Assembly: GCA_016795365.1 (NCBI GenBank)
Contig: JAEUHN010000036.1
Location: forward strand, 93,163-157,162
Origin: Verrucomicrobiaceae bacterium
GTDB taxonomy: Bacteria > Verrucomicrobiota > Verrucomicrobiia > Verrucomicrobiales > Verrucomicrobiaceae
Direction of reading: 5' to 3'
DNA: 64,000 bases
Below, one piece after another: positions 18,159 through 30,302 of the stretch. Numbering within the stretch: position 1 is the stretch's first letter; every line of letters begins with the position of its first letter. The position numbers and the translations under genes are program-made. The notes beneath the pieces are model-generated. The model searched no databases. It saw only the letters and a program-made list of their open reading frames with translations, and was not told the DNA's origin.

Positions 18159-19031
18159 TCAATGCAAGCCCGCCGAAACACGGCGAGCCTCTTCCATAAG
18201 CGCGTCAAGGATCGGTGTGGCCTTGCCCACCCAGAGGGCGGTGTAAGGCACGGTGGGGAAGTCGGTGAGCGGCACGAGGCGGGTGCCTTTGGGCAGCGGG
18301 CGATCCTTTTGCACGGGCACCAATCCAATGCCGAAACCCTCGGCAGAGTAACGATGCACGAGGTCGAGGGAGTTGAGTTCAAGCGTGGGGAACCAGTCGA
18401 TCTTCCGCCGCTGAAGCTCCTGCTGGAAGTGCAGATAAAACGGATCGTAGGTAGGCACGGTGATGAGCGGCACTTCGATGCGATCCATGCGCCAGAGTTG
18501 CTCCGCATTCTTCAAGCCGCTGCGCTCGGTGACCAGGAGCGCCATGGGCAGGCGGACGATTTCCTCGTGACGAATGCCAGCCTGGGGCTTCGAATGAATG
18601 GCCGTGAACGCGATGTCGATCTGTTGATCGAGCAATTGCCTCTCCAGTTCATCCTGCCGGCCACTGGCGAGGGTGAATTCGAGCGACGGATAGCGCTTCT
18701 TCATGCCTCGCAGCAAAGGTGGTAGGTAATGCTGCTGAATCGCCTCAGGTGCGCCAATGCGCACGAGCACTTCACGTCCCCCACGAAGCTTGTCCGCGAT
18801 CTGTGGCAGGCCTTTGAAGAAGGGCTCGATGAAGGTGTAGAGATCCTTCCCCGCCTGGGTCAGCTCGAAGGGCCGACGATGAAACAAGGTGGTGCCCACG
18901 CTGTCTTCGAGCTGAATGATCTGCGCGCTGATCGCAGGCTGCTGAATGCCATACGGGATGTGCCGCGCTGCCGCACTCACCCCCTGATGCTTGGCGACGT
19001 AGTAGAAGAGTTCGAGGTGGTGGACGTTCAT
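18159..19031 (-). CDS. LysR-family transcriptional regulator
   Basis: Start at MNVHHLELFYYVAKHQGVSAAARHIPYGIQQPAISAQIIQLE (HTH), followed by an LysR substrate-binding domain. Transcribed divergently from the low-GC hypothetical gene. Confidence 0.85.
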   Translation of the reverse strand: MNVHHLELFYYVAKHQGVSAAARHIPYGIQQPAISAQIIQLEDSVGTTLFHRRPFELTQAGKDLYTFIEPFFKGLPQIADKLRGGREVLVRIGAPEAIQQHYLPPLLRGMKKRYPSLEFTLASGRQDELERQLLDQQIDIAFTAIHSKPQAGIRHEEIVRLPMALLVTERSGLKNAEQLWRMDRIEVPLITVPTYDPFYLHFQQELQRRKIDWFPTLELNSLDLVHRYSAEGFGIGLVPVQKDRPLPKGTRLVPLTDFPTVPYTALWVGKATPILDALMEEARRVSAGLH

Positions 19032-19210
19032 GGTGTGGGGCTGTAGGTCGAGAGAAGATAAGAGTGAAAGACTGAGATACCCACGAGACAAAAGGGTGGC
19101 GGTTTTCCAACGTCATCTTCGGAGCCAAATGTTTTATGGCCGGAGGATTGTTCTCATACGATTACCGGCGATGACGACACTGTGACCGTCGGTTCTTGTG
19201 GTAGCATTGA

Positions 19211-20494
19211 TTGAATCAGGCAAATAATCCGCTTATACCCTGTCCTATGACTTGGAGAATCCGTGCTTCATTAGTTTCGCTCGTGCTGTTTCAACCCAAT
19301 CTCTGGGCTGTGGAAGGCGCTGATCCTTCATCTGTGGAGTTGCCAGCTTTTGTCACAAAAGACTACCCATTTCGCGAGATTCTTCCGGATTCCAAGATGG
19401 TGATGACTTCGCCGCGCCATCTCAAGGTGTGGGGTTTCCAAGATCTGGTGGTTCCTGCGGGAAGCACGGCTGTCTCGATGAATCTTTTTCGATCTCAGAT
19501 CGCGATGGAGCATAAGGGGCAGCTCTTGGGCACTGGATACAAGACCGGCCCTGAATACCTGCGCAACCGCCTCAAGATTCGGGCAGCGCTTGAAAATGAG
19601 CGTCGAATGGGTGGGTCACCTTTGATTTCGGTCATGGGTTTCTTCAACTCCGATGGTTCGCGCATTGAGTCGCTGCCGATGACCATCGATTTTTACGGCG
19701 GTAAAACTGGCGGCCTTGTCACAGCTGATATTCCGAGTCCAGGTTTTGGGCTGGAGAGGGGTTTTGCCGAAGACATTGCAAGTTCGCGGCACAGGGTTGT
19801 CAATCCTGATGACATGCGTGCTGTGCATAGCTACTCGGGGATGGTCTCGAATGCGGGCTTTGACGGCCATGGCTACGTGGTTCCGATCACACTTCGAGCA
19901 GGCCACCTAGAGTGGACGAGAGGGCAGGGATATTTTGGAGAGTTTCGGTCAGGCCGATTGGTGAGACGGGTTGAGCTGGCTTCGTTCGGAGGGCCGATGG
20001 CACTTCAGGCCCAGCAAGAAGAAGCCGCTAGGGGCCAGTTCATGGGACCGATGCTGGGAATGCTTGCGGTCGGAGCTGTAGCTGTCCTGGCAGGAGGTGC
20101 AGTGGAGATTGGCGGCAAGTCCTCAGAGTTTATGAAAGACGCTCTGGTTGAGGGGCTGCGCCAGCAAGCTAAAGGAAAGGGTTCAGAAGCACGTTCAGCC
20201 TCTTCTAAACCTGACGTTCAGCCTCAATTTAAACGTTATGCAGGAACATCGCGAACTTTTGAGGTTTCGGCATTGGGTAATGTAGGCGGAGTTAAAAACA
20301 TGCTTCCAGGCAACGGAGGAACAGTGACTGTCAACGACTCTGCCCAGAATCGAAGGCTAAGTTTCAATTACGGAGAGACACTCGGCACCAAGATTGGGGA
20401 CTCGATCACGGTGGATTTTGATGCTTCCGGGCTTCCAATCAAGCTGCGCAATAATCGCACGGGCAAAGCAACGGCGATTCAAGCGGCATGGTAG
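19211..20494 (+). CDS. Hypothetical secreted protein in a locally low-GC region
   Basis: Possible signal peptide (MTWRIRASLVSLVLFQPNLWAVEG; alternative start 19244). Internal hydrophobic helix (MLGMLAVGAVAVLAGGAV). No recognisable family. GC is visibly lower (~50%) than its neighbours. Confidence 0.4.
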   Translation: MNQANNPLIPCPMTWRIRASLVSLVLFQPNLWAVEGADPSSVELPAFVTKDYPFREILPDSKMVMTSPRHLKVWGFQDLVVPAGSTAVSMNLFRSQIAMEHKGQLLGTGYKTGPEYLRNRLKIRAALENERRMGGSPLISVMGFFNSDGSRIESLPMTIDFYGGKTGGLVTADIPSPGFGLERGFAEDIASSRHRVVNPDDMRAVHSYSGMVSNAGFDGHGYVVPITLRAGHLEWTRGQGYFGEFRSGRLVRRVELASFGGPMALQAQQEEAARGQFMGPMLGMLAVGAVAVLAGGAVEIGGKSSEFMKDALVEGLRQQAKGKGSEARSASSKPDVQPQFKRYAGTSRTFEVSALGNVGGVKNMLPGNGGTVTVNDSAQNRRLSFNYGETLGTKIGDSITVDFDASGLPIKLRNNRTGKATAIQAAW

Positions 20495-20554
20495 TCCTTG
20501 CTGAACCCACGCTTCAGCTTTGAGCCCGTTGGCTGCCTAGCTTATCGGCGATAA

Positions 20555-20851
20555 TCAGCTGCATTCTGATGGAGACGCGAGCTGCACCCACGTCGCGCCC
20601 CAGCCTCCGTAGTTCGCAGCAGCTGGCCACGTCCAGGACTCGACCATGGGCAGCGATGGCAGCAGGCGATGCACGCCCTCGCGCAAGGTTCCCGTGCCTT
20701 TGCCATGCACGACTCGAACGTTGAAGATGCCATGCGCCAGGCACTCGGCGAAGTAAGTGGGCAGGAGATCGCTGATCTCGGATGGACGGAAGGTATGGAG
20801 GTCCAGCTCATCGGTGATGGGCAGGGGGACGGGCTCCAGGTCGTCAGTCAT
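20555..20851 (-). CDS. Smr-domain protein
   Basis: DELDLHTFRPSEISDLLPTYFAECLAHGIFNVRVVHGKGTGTLREGVHRLL matches the Smr (LDLHG...HGKG.G.L) signature. Start chosen at MTDDLEPVPLP. Confidence 0.55.
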   Translation of the reverse strand: MTDDLEPVPLPITDELDLHTFRPSEISDLLPTYFAECLAHGIFNVRVVHGKGTGTLREGVHRLLPSLPMVESWTWPAAANYGGWGATWVQLASPSECS

Positions 20852-20915
20852 CGCTGAAGATGGCGCGGAGGAAAGCATGGTGGCAAGCGCATTGACGGTC
20901 GTAATGTCTTGCACC

Positions 20916-22367
20916 ATGCGCTCGGTGCTCTGTCTTCTGTTCCTCACCATGACGGTCTCTGCTGCTGACACGCTCCGGCTTCATCCCGAGAACCCTCGCT
21001 ACTTCGAGTGGCGGGGGAAGCCCACGGTTTTGATCAGCTCGGGCGATCACTACGGAGCGGTGCTGAACCTTGATTTCGACTTCACCAAGTATCTCGCCAC
21101 TCTGGAGCGCGATGGGCTGAACCTCACCCGCACGTTCACGGGCGCAGGCTACGTGGAGCCTGAGCAGGCGTTCAACATCACCAAAAACAACCTCTCACCC
21201 AAGCCCGGGCGTTACCTCGCTCCCTGGGCGCGATCCGATCAGCCTGGTGCTTGGGATGGCGGCCACAAGTGGGATCTCTCGCGATGGAACGAGGACTACT
21301 TCACACGCTTCAAGGCCTTCGTCGCCGAAGCCTCCAGGCGCGGCGTGGTGGTGGAAGTCACCTTGTTCTGCCCGTTCTACCCTAACAAGGACGACAAGAC
21401 CAAATCTACCATGTGGCCGCTGAGCCCCTGGAACGCCACCAACAACGTCAATGGCCTGGGCAACGGGCCCTTCGCCAAGGTTCACTCACTCGATGGCCAC
21501 GGTGGCCTGCTTGCCGTGCAGGAACGCTTTGTCAGGAAGCTCGTGGAGGAACTAAAAGACGCCGACAACGTGTATTACGAGATCTGCAACGAGCCCTACT
21601 TCGCCGGAGCCAGCCGCGATTGGGAGCACCACATGGCCGAGGTGATCGCCAACGCCCAACACGAGCACGAGAACCCGAAGCTCATCTCGCAGAACGTCGC
21701 CAACAAGACGGCGAAGGTGAAGGACCCAAGTCCTCACGTCTCGATCTTCAACTTCCACTACACCTACCCGCCCACGGTCGTGGCTGAAAACTGGGAGTTG
21801 AACAAGCCTATCGGCGAAAACGAGACCGGCTTCCGAGGTCAGGCCGACGATGTCTATCGAAGCGAGGCCTGGGACTTCATCCTGGCGGGCGGTGCCTTGT
21901 TCAACCACCTGGATTACAGTTTCGCCGTCGGCCACGAAGACGGAACCTTCGCCTACCCAGCCACGCAACCCGGCGGCGGCAGCACTGCCTTGCGGAAGCA
22001 ACTCGGCATCCTGAAGCGCTTCATTGAGAGCTTCGACTTCGTGCGCATGAAACCGGTCAAAGTGAAGGATCAGAGCAGCGCCAAGAGCTTCTCCGTCGAG
22101 GTGCTTGGTGAGACAGGCCAAGCCTATGCCGCTTACCTCCACCGGAGCGAGAGGAAGGGCTGGAAGAACTCCAGAGAAATGAACAAAGGCGAATTTGAGA
22201 ACTGGTTCGTCATCGACCTGCCTGAGGGTCGCTATCAGGCCGAATGGATGCTTCCTGCCACTGGCAAGGCGGTGCAGACCTCCCGAATCCAGCACGGCGG
22301 CGGTGATCTACGTCTGGAGACACCTGTGTATGAGATGGATCTGGCGCTGAGCCTGCGGCGTTTGTGA
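20916..22367 (+). CDS. Secreted TIM-barrel glycoside hydrolase (GH5-like; NEP catalytic-acid motif)
   Basis: Signal peptide MRSVLCLLFLTMTVSAADT. YYEICNEPYF (GH5-type catalytic acid/base NEP). Downstream Glu in IGENETGF is a candidate nucleophile. Confidence 0.6.
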   Translation: MRSVLCLLFLTMTVSAADTLRLHPENPRYFEWRGKPTVLISSGDHYGAVLNLDFDFTKYLATLERDGLNLTRTFTGAGYVEPEQAFNITKNNLSPKPGRYLAPWARSDQPGAWDGGHKWDLSRWNEDYFTRFKAFVAEASRRGVVVEVTLFCPFYPNKDDKTKSTMWPLSPWNATNNVNGLGNGPFAKVHSLDGHGGLLAVQERFVRKLVEELKDADNVYYEICNEPYFAGASRDWEHHMAEVIANAQHEHENPKLISQNVANKTAKVKDPSPHVSIFNFHYTYPPTVVAENWELNKPIGENETGFRGQADDVYRSEAWDFILAGGALFNHLDYSFAVGHEDGTFAYPATQPGGGSTALRKQLGILKRFIESFDFVRMKPVKVKDQSSAKSFSVEVLGETGQAYAAYLHRSERKGWKNSREMNKGEFENWFVIDLPEGRYQAEWMLPATGKAVQTSRIQHGGGDLRLETPVYEMDLALSLRRL

Positions 22368-22619
22368 GTGATTTCAGAGACGCGACGAAGCGCGAGGTGA
22401 GCCATTGGTCCATCATTGAAGCGTGGGGTCGTGACCCTCACCGTTGGCCGTTTGGGCCTTCTCTTCCATCGAATCACAAACGGACGCGGACCCTGGCAAC
22501 GATCTCCGTGTTTGTGCTTCCGGCCCAGGTGCATCAGACGAAAGTCGTAGAACCTTAGTCCCATATCGTGACGCGTGGGAATGCTCCATGCTGGTGATGT
22601 CACTCCCACTTCCTCACCC

Positions 22620-23087
22620 ATGAATCCAACCTTGAAACGCACCATCGGCTTTGTGCTCCTCGCCCTCGGCATCACTGGCGTCATCTCGCTTTGCACGAAG
22701 GAGTTCCCGCTCGCTCTCTTCGGTGAGCGCAGCACGGGCATCGTGAAGAGAGTCGAGAAAGTGACCACCAGCACCGGCTCGGAGGGCAAGATCCGCAATG
22801 GAGTGCGCGTGGGCAAAAAATACGGCAGCGACCTGACCTTCCTGCATATCGACTTCACCACCAAGGATGGCAAGGCGATGCAAGTGAAGACGCTGGCCAC
22901 CTTCAACACCGAGGCTAGGGAAGGTGATCAGCATCCGATGATCTACCTGCCATCAAAGCCCGAGACAGCAAAGATCTACTCGGCGAAGCAGCTCTGGCTG
23001 CCGATGTGTATCGGCATCTTCTTCAGCACGGTATGGCTGATCGGTGGCTGGCTCATGATCCAGAAACCACGCCCACTAGTGGCCTGA
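22620..23087 (+). CDS. DUF3592-like membrane protein (N- and C-terminal TM helices flanking a beta-rich domain)
   Basis: TM helix (IGFVLLALGITGVISL), a soluble beta-rich core, then a C-terminal TM helix (LWLPMCIGIFFSTVWLIGGWLMI). Confidence 0.5.
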   Translation: MNPTLKRTIGFVLLALGITGVISLCTKEFPLALFGERSTGIVKRVEKVTTSTGSEGKIRNGVRVGKKYGSDLTFLHIDFTTKDGKAMQVKTLATFNTEAREGDQHPMIYLPSKPETAKIYSAKQLWLPMCIGIFFSTVWLIGGWLMIQKPRPLVA

Positions 23088-23126
23088 GAGTAGCGGTTTT
23101 TCACCCAGTCGCCCGACTTCACCACC

Positions 23127-23444
23127 ATGAGTGATTCCACCATTTCACCGCTCCCGGGCTCCTTGGGCGCTCCAGTTCCACCACTTTGTCATGCCGAGTG
23201 GAGCGTGGGTCACACCGGTCGGGACATGATGTATTACGAGGAAAAGATCAACGGCACCTGGGAACGCATCGACATCGACGGTGAGATGCTCATGGGCCGC
23301 GCACATCATGTCATCTACTTCAAGTCCGCCACCGACTGGCAGCGCTATCCTGAGTGGGCACGCCACCGGCGCGCAGAGATTATCGCACGTATCAAGATCC
23401 AGTTCCGCGAGCCGGACTACGAGTATCAAGGTGATGAACCATAG
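23127..23444 (+). CDS. Hypothetical small protein
   Basis: ORF with plausible globular composition (YEEKINGTWERIDIDGEMLMGRAHHVIYFKSATDWQRYPEWARHRRAEIIARIKIQF). No family recognised; start uncertain (23127 or 23226). Confidence 0.3.
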   Translation: MSDSTISPLPGSLGAPVPPLCHAEWSVGHTGRDMMYYEEKINGTWERIDIDGEMLMGRAHHVIYFKSATDWQRYPEWARHRRAEIIARIKIQFREPDYEYQGDEP

Positions 23445-23823
23445 ATCACCATCAACCCGGCCGACAAAACAAGAACTCCGCGCGCTGGCGACAGCCATCC
23501 TCATCATGGCAGCCATCAGCGTGGGCGTGGGATGGTTTGCCATCTCCGCCCTGCGCAACAGCAAGACGGTTCTGCCCTTGCATCAGCCGTCACACCAGCG
23601 GTCGGTTGAAAGGACAAAGGAGCCAGCCCTCTTCTGGTTCGTGACCGGTTTGTATGCCACCGCCAGTCTTGCTGCCGGAGCGAGTGCCCTTTGGCTCGCA
23701 CGCCAGGGATCAGGTGATTGAGGACCGCCGCTCACTGCGCCCCCTCTCCCATGAACAGGTGACAGTTCTCCATTTTCATCAGCGCTTGTCCCATGAAGCG
23801 GAGAACCCGCTCCATGGCCGCTT

Positions 23824-23839
23824 GTGAAATTTTTCACAA
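23824..23839. promoter_or_regulatory. CRP-family consensus site TGTGA-N6-TCACA, ~45 bp upstream of nuoD
   Basis: Perfect palindrome TTGTGAAATTTTTCACAA at 23822-23839, matching the CRP half-sites TGTGA/TCACA with a 6-bp spacer. Confidence 0.4.
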
Positions 23840-23881
23840 AATCGGGTTGCCGCTCTGCGGGCGGGGCGGATACTCGCCGCC

Positions 23882-25141
23882 ATGCCCACTGTTACGAGAG
23901 AAATCGAAGCCCTCGACCCCGCGACGCGCGCGGCGCTGCAGCTTGAAGCCAGCGAGGAAACCACGACCGACATCGTGGGCGAGAAGCTCGTCTTGAACAT
24001 GGGTCCCTCCCACCCCGCGACGCACGGCGTGCTTCGTCTGGTGCTGGAGATGGACGGCGAAATCATCACCAAGGCCGATCCGGTCGTGGGCTACCTGCAT
24101 CGCGGCGACGAAAAGATCGCCGAGAACATGCACTACAACCAGTTCGTGCCCTACACGGACCGTCTGGATTACCTCGCACCGCTGGCCAACAACGTGGCCT
24201 ATGCCATGGCGGTGGAGAAGCTGCTGGGCTGGGAGCTTCCGGCTCGTGGGCAGGCCATTCGTCTGATGTGCTGCGAGATCGCGCGCATCTCATCGCATCT
24301 GCTCGGCGTGGGCGTTTACGCCATGGATGTGGGCGCGATGACGGTCTTCCTCTACACCTTCCAGCAGCGTGAGATCATTTACAATCTGACCGAGCAGCTC
24401 ACCGGTGCTCGGTTCACCACGAGCTACACCCGCGTGGGTGGCCAGACTCGCGACTTGCCTCCGAACTTCCTCAGCGACCTGACCAAGTTCCTTGATGGTC
24501 TGGAGCCCGTCGTCGAAGAGACGGACAAGCTTTTGACTCGCAATGCCATCTTCATGGCGCGCACGGAAGGCATCGGTGTCATCTCGAAGGAAGAAGCCAT
24601 CGCCTACGGCCTCACGGGTCCGAACCTGCGTGGCTCGGGTGTCGAGTTCGACCTGCGCAAGAACCACCCGTATCTCGGCTACGAGCAGTTCGACTTCGAC
24701 ATTCCCATCGGCACCAAGGGCGACTGTTATGATCGCTACCTCGTCCGTATGGAGGAAACCCGCCAGTCGATCCGCATCCTGCGCCAGTTGATCAAGAACT
24801 TCCCCTCCGGCGAGATCAACGTCGCCAACAAGAAGGGCTTCCTGCCCAAGAAGGAAAAGGTCCTGATGTCGATGGAGGAACTCATCCATCACTTCATCAT
24901 CGCCACTCAAGGCATCGACGTGCCGCCGGGCGAGATCTACTTCGGTGCCGAGAACCCGAAAGGGGAGCTCGGTTTCTACATCCACAGCAAGGGCGGCGGT
25001 GTGCCGTATCGCCTCAAGATCCGCAGCCCCAGCTTCGTGAACCTCAGTATTTTGCCCAAGCTCCTGCTGGGGCACACGATGAGCGACCTAGTCGCCATCC
25101 TCGGCTCACTCGACTTCGTGATGGGCGAGTGCGACCGGTAA
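23882..25141 (+). CDS. nuoD: NADH-quinone oxidoreductase subunit D (NuoD / 49-kDa subunit)
   Basis: NMGPSHPATHGVLRLVLEMDGE, YLHRGDEKI, C-terminal RSPSFVNL...DFVMGECDR. This is canonical NuoD, but no other nuo genes are adjacent. Confidence 0.9.
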   Translation: MPTVTREIEALDPATRAALQLEASEETTTDIVGEKLVLNMGPSHPATHGVLRLVLEMDGEIITKADPVVGYLHRGDEKIAENMHYNQFVPYTDRLDYLAPLANNVAYAMAVEKLLGWELPARGQAIRLMCCEIARISSHLLGVGVYAMDVGAMTVFLYTFQQREIIYNLTEQLTGARFTTSYTRVGGQTRDLPPNFLSDLTKFLDGLEPVVEETDKLLTRNAIFMARTEGIGVISKEEAIAYGLTGPNLRGSGVEFDLRKNHPYLGYEQFDFDIPIGTKGDCYDRYLVRMEETRQSIRILRQLIKNFPSGEINVANKKGFLPKKEKVLMSMEELIHHFIIATQGIDVPPGEIYFGAENPKGELGFYIHSKGGGVPYRLKIRSPSFVNLSILPKLLLGHTMSDLVAILGSLDFVMGECDR

Positions 25142-25195
25142 GCGACCGCATCGAGTTTGCAGCCGAACAGGGCGTTGATGCTCACTCAACGCCTC

Positions 25196-25230
25196 AACAA
25201 AAAGAGGGGGCATTGCTGCCCCCTCAACTG
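25196..25230. terminator. Bidirectional rho-independent terminator between nuoD and the convergent oxidoreductase gene
   Basis: Hairpin GAGGGGGCA-ttgc-TGCCCCCTC (25203-25224), flanked by an A-run on one side (T-run on the minus strand). Confidence 0.45.
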
Positions 25231-25256
25231 TTACTACAGAATCGTTGCTGGATCGG

Positions 25257-26609
25257 CTAGACCTTGAACTGGCCGCGATACTCGCGGGTGAGCCACTTGG
25301 GATCGCCGCCGCTGATGAACTCGCGCTTGGTGGGGTCCCACTTGATGTTGGCACCGTGCCAGTAGGCCATGTTCATGAGGTGGCAGGAGATGGCGGTGGT
25401 GGCACCGATTTCCACGTCGCAGATCGGGCGTGTGCCGGTGCGGATGGCATCGACGAAGTCGTCGTGATGGCTCTTCTTCGTTTTGTAGAGCTTCACCTTG
25501 GCTTCTGCGAGATACTGGCTTTCCAGCTTGGTGGTTTCACGCAGGAGCGTGGTCTTCTTGCAGGCTTCGTCCTTGCTGTCGTAGTAGGCCACGGTCTCGC
25601 CTTTGACGATGACCTTGATCTTGCCGCGGTTGACGTGGACCTCGCCGCTGGTGCCGTAGAAGGACACGCCGAAGCCTTCGCCGTGAGTGAGGACGACGCC
25701 GTTCTGGTAGATGAGCTTCGCGCCACGCTTGGCGTTGGCGTGATCAGCAGGTGCCACGATTTCCACCGGGCCGTGGCCGTCTTCATTGAGGCCCCACTGC
25801 GCGATGTCGATGTGATGCGCGCCCCAGTCAGTGATCATGCCGCCACCGAACTCGCGCGTCATGCGCCAGGCCGGGAAGTGATTGTGCACGCCGCGCGGGC
25901 TGAGCACGGAGCTGTAAGGCACCTTGGGACCTGGGCCGCACCACATGTCCCAGTCGAGGCCGGGTTCCATGGCTTCTTCAGGGTTGGCGTTCGGCTTGGC
26001 GGGATCGCCGAAGGAGGTGGTGATCGTCTTGATGTCGCCAACGACGCCGTTGCGCACGAGTTCGCACGCGACACGGAACTCGCCGGACGAGCGCTGTTGC
26101 GAGCCGGTCTGGAAGGTCGTGTTCTTCGCGCGCACGGCTTTGATGAGTTCCACGGATTCGTGGATGTTGTGCGTGAGGGGCTTCTCGCAATAGACGTTCT
26201 TGCCCGCGTTCACGGCGGCAATCGCAACCACCGCATGCCAGTGGTCAGGCGTAGCGATCACGACGGTGTCGATGTCGCTGCGGCCGATCAGTTCGCGGAA
26301 GTCATTGTAGGCGTCCACGTTCTTGGCGGGCGCGCCGTCTTTCTTCTTCGCATAGGTTTCGTTGGCGCGCTTCTGAGCGGCTTCACGGCGCGTGGTGTCC
26401 ACGTCGCACACGGCGAGGACCTGCGCGTCGTCGCGACCGAGGAAGTGGCCGAGGTGACCGCCCATCTGCTTGCCCATGCCGACGAAGCCGACGTTGAGGC
26501 GGTTGCTGGGAGCGTTCTGGCCGCGCAGGAAGCCGGAGGGAAGAATGAAGGGAGCCGCGGCGGCGCCAGCGGCCTTAGTTAGGAAGGATCGACGTGAGGT
26601 AGAGCTCAT
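25257..26609 (-). CDS. Gfo/Idh/MocA-family NAD(P)-dependent oxidoreductase with a Tat signal
   Basis: MSSTSRRSFLTKAAGAAAAPFIL (twin-arginine). Rossmann VGFVGMGKQ...DAVVIATPDHWH...EKP motifs. The antisense ORF 25245..26582 is spurious. Confidence 0.85.
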   Translation of the reverse strand: MSSTSRRSFLTKAAGAAAAPFILPSGFLRGQNAPSNRLNVGFVGMGKQMGGHLGHFLGRDDAQVLAVCDVDTTRREAAQKRANETYAKKKDGAPAKNVDAYNDFRELIGRSDIDTVVIATPDHWHAVVAIAAVNAGKNVYCEKPLTHNIHESVELIKAVRAKNTTFQTGSQQRSSGEFRVACELVRNGVVGDIKTITTSFGDPAKPNANPEEAMEPGLDWDMWCGPGPKVPYSSVLSPRGVHNHFPAWRMTREFGGGMITDWGAHHIDIAQWGLNEDGHGPVEIVAPADHANAKRGAKLIYQNGVVLTHGEGFGVSFYGTSGEVHVNRGKIKVIVKGETVAYYDSKDEACKKTTLLRETTKLESQYLAEAKVKLYKTKKSHHDDFVDAIRTGTRPICDVEIGATTAISCHLMNMAYWHGANIKWDPTKREFISGGDPKWLTREYRGQFKV

Positions 26610-26698
26610 GGTTTGAATCAGTTGGTGAGATTTTGGGGATGGGCTTTACGAAGGCAGGTTCCCCATCTTGCCTCCGCGACCGGACAAAGTTTGTGCGA

Positions 26699-27184
26699 TT
26701 ACTGCCACACGACGTCGTGCGAGAGCATCGTGTCATCGTCAAAGCAGAAGCGACCGGTGAAGTGTTTCTGCTCGATCAAGACCTCGCGCAGCCAGAAGCG
26801 ATCGTCCGCCCACATCTCGTCCAGCGGCAAGGCATCGAGCGGTGTCCACACCGGCAGCGCCTCAGGCGTCTCGGTCGGTTCGCCGGTCCACTTGGTCGCG
26901 CGATACACGCCCACGACCATCTGCAAGCCATCGACAAAGTGGAACCACAACTCGCCATGCTTCACCGGATCGAGCGCCGTGACGTGCAGCTCCTCCTGCG
27001 TCTCGCGCACCGCGCATTCGACCTCCGTTTCGCCTGGATCGAGCTTGCCTCCCGGCCCGTTCATCTTGCCCGCGCCCAGCCCGCGCTTCTTGCGGATCAG
27101 CAGCACCTGCCGCCTCTCTTCATCAACGACGAACATCAGCGTCGCGCGCTGGTTGGGCTGCCAGGTGGTCCAGTCGGGAATCAT
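26699..27184 (-). CDS. NUDIX hydrolase (MutT-like)
   Basis: Nudix box GGKLDPGETEVECAVRETQEELHV (Gx5Ex7REUxEExGU). Confidence 0.8.
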   Translation of the reverse strand: MIPDWTTWQPNQRATLMFVVDEERRQVLLIRKKRGLGAGKMNGPGGKLDPGETEVECAVRETQEELHVTALDPVKHGELWFHFVDGLQMVVGVYRATKWTGEPTETPEALPVWTPLDALPLDEMWADDRFWLREVLIEQKHFTGRFCFDDDTMLSHDVVWQ

Positions 27185-27187
27185 AAG

Positions 27188-30094
<2,907 letters not shown>

Positions 30095-30302
30095 GACGGC
30101 TTGCGACTTAGCAAGCTAGGCACGCATGAAAAGCAGCGATTGAACCGAATTGCCGCGAAAGACGGATTCAGGCCTCGACACGCAACTCATGCGCAAGAAA
30201 CAACCTGTAGGCACCTCAGAACCATCACTCCAAACGCTGATGGGTTTTTGTAGTCGCCAAGGAGGAGCCTCTTTGATTGAATCCGCGCCGTCACTCCTCC
30301 CC

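Noticed and set aside
23434-23721. 96-aa two-TM ORF (MNHRSPSTRP...) overlapping the end of the 23127..23444 hypothetical gene
   Set aside because: Plausible tiny membrane protein. Support is only hydrophobicity, the frame lies inside a larger Ser/Thr-rich spurious ORF, and there is no RBS context, so it was not called.
30095-30302. Possible glycine riboswitch in the gcvP leader, and likewise the gcvH leader at 39255-39456
   Set aside because: Reverse-complement inspection found no GGAGAG...CUCUGGAGAG or CACCGAAGG(G/A)GCAA conserved cores. Only weak GGAGUGA and UCUGAGG fragments are present. Regulation by a glycine riboswitch is not supported from sequence alone.
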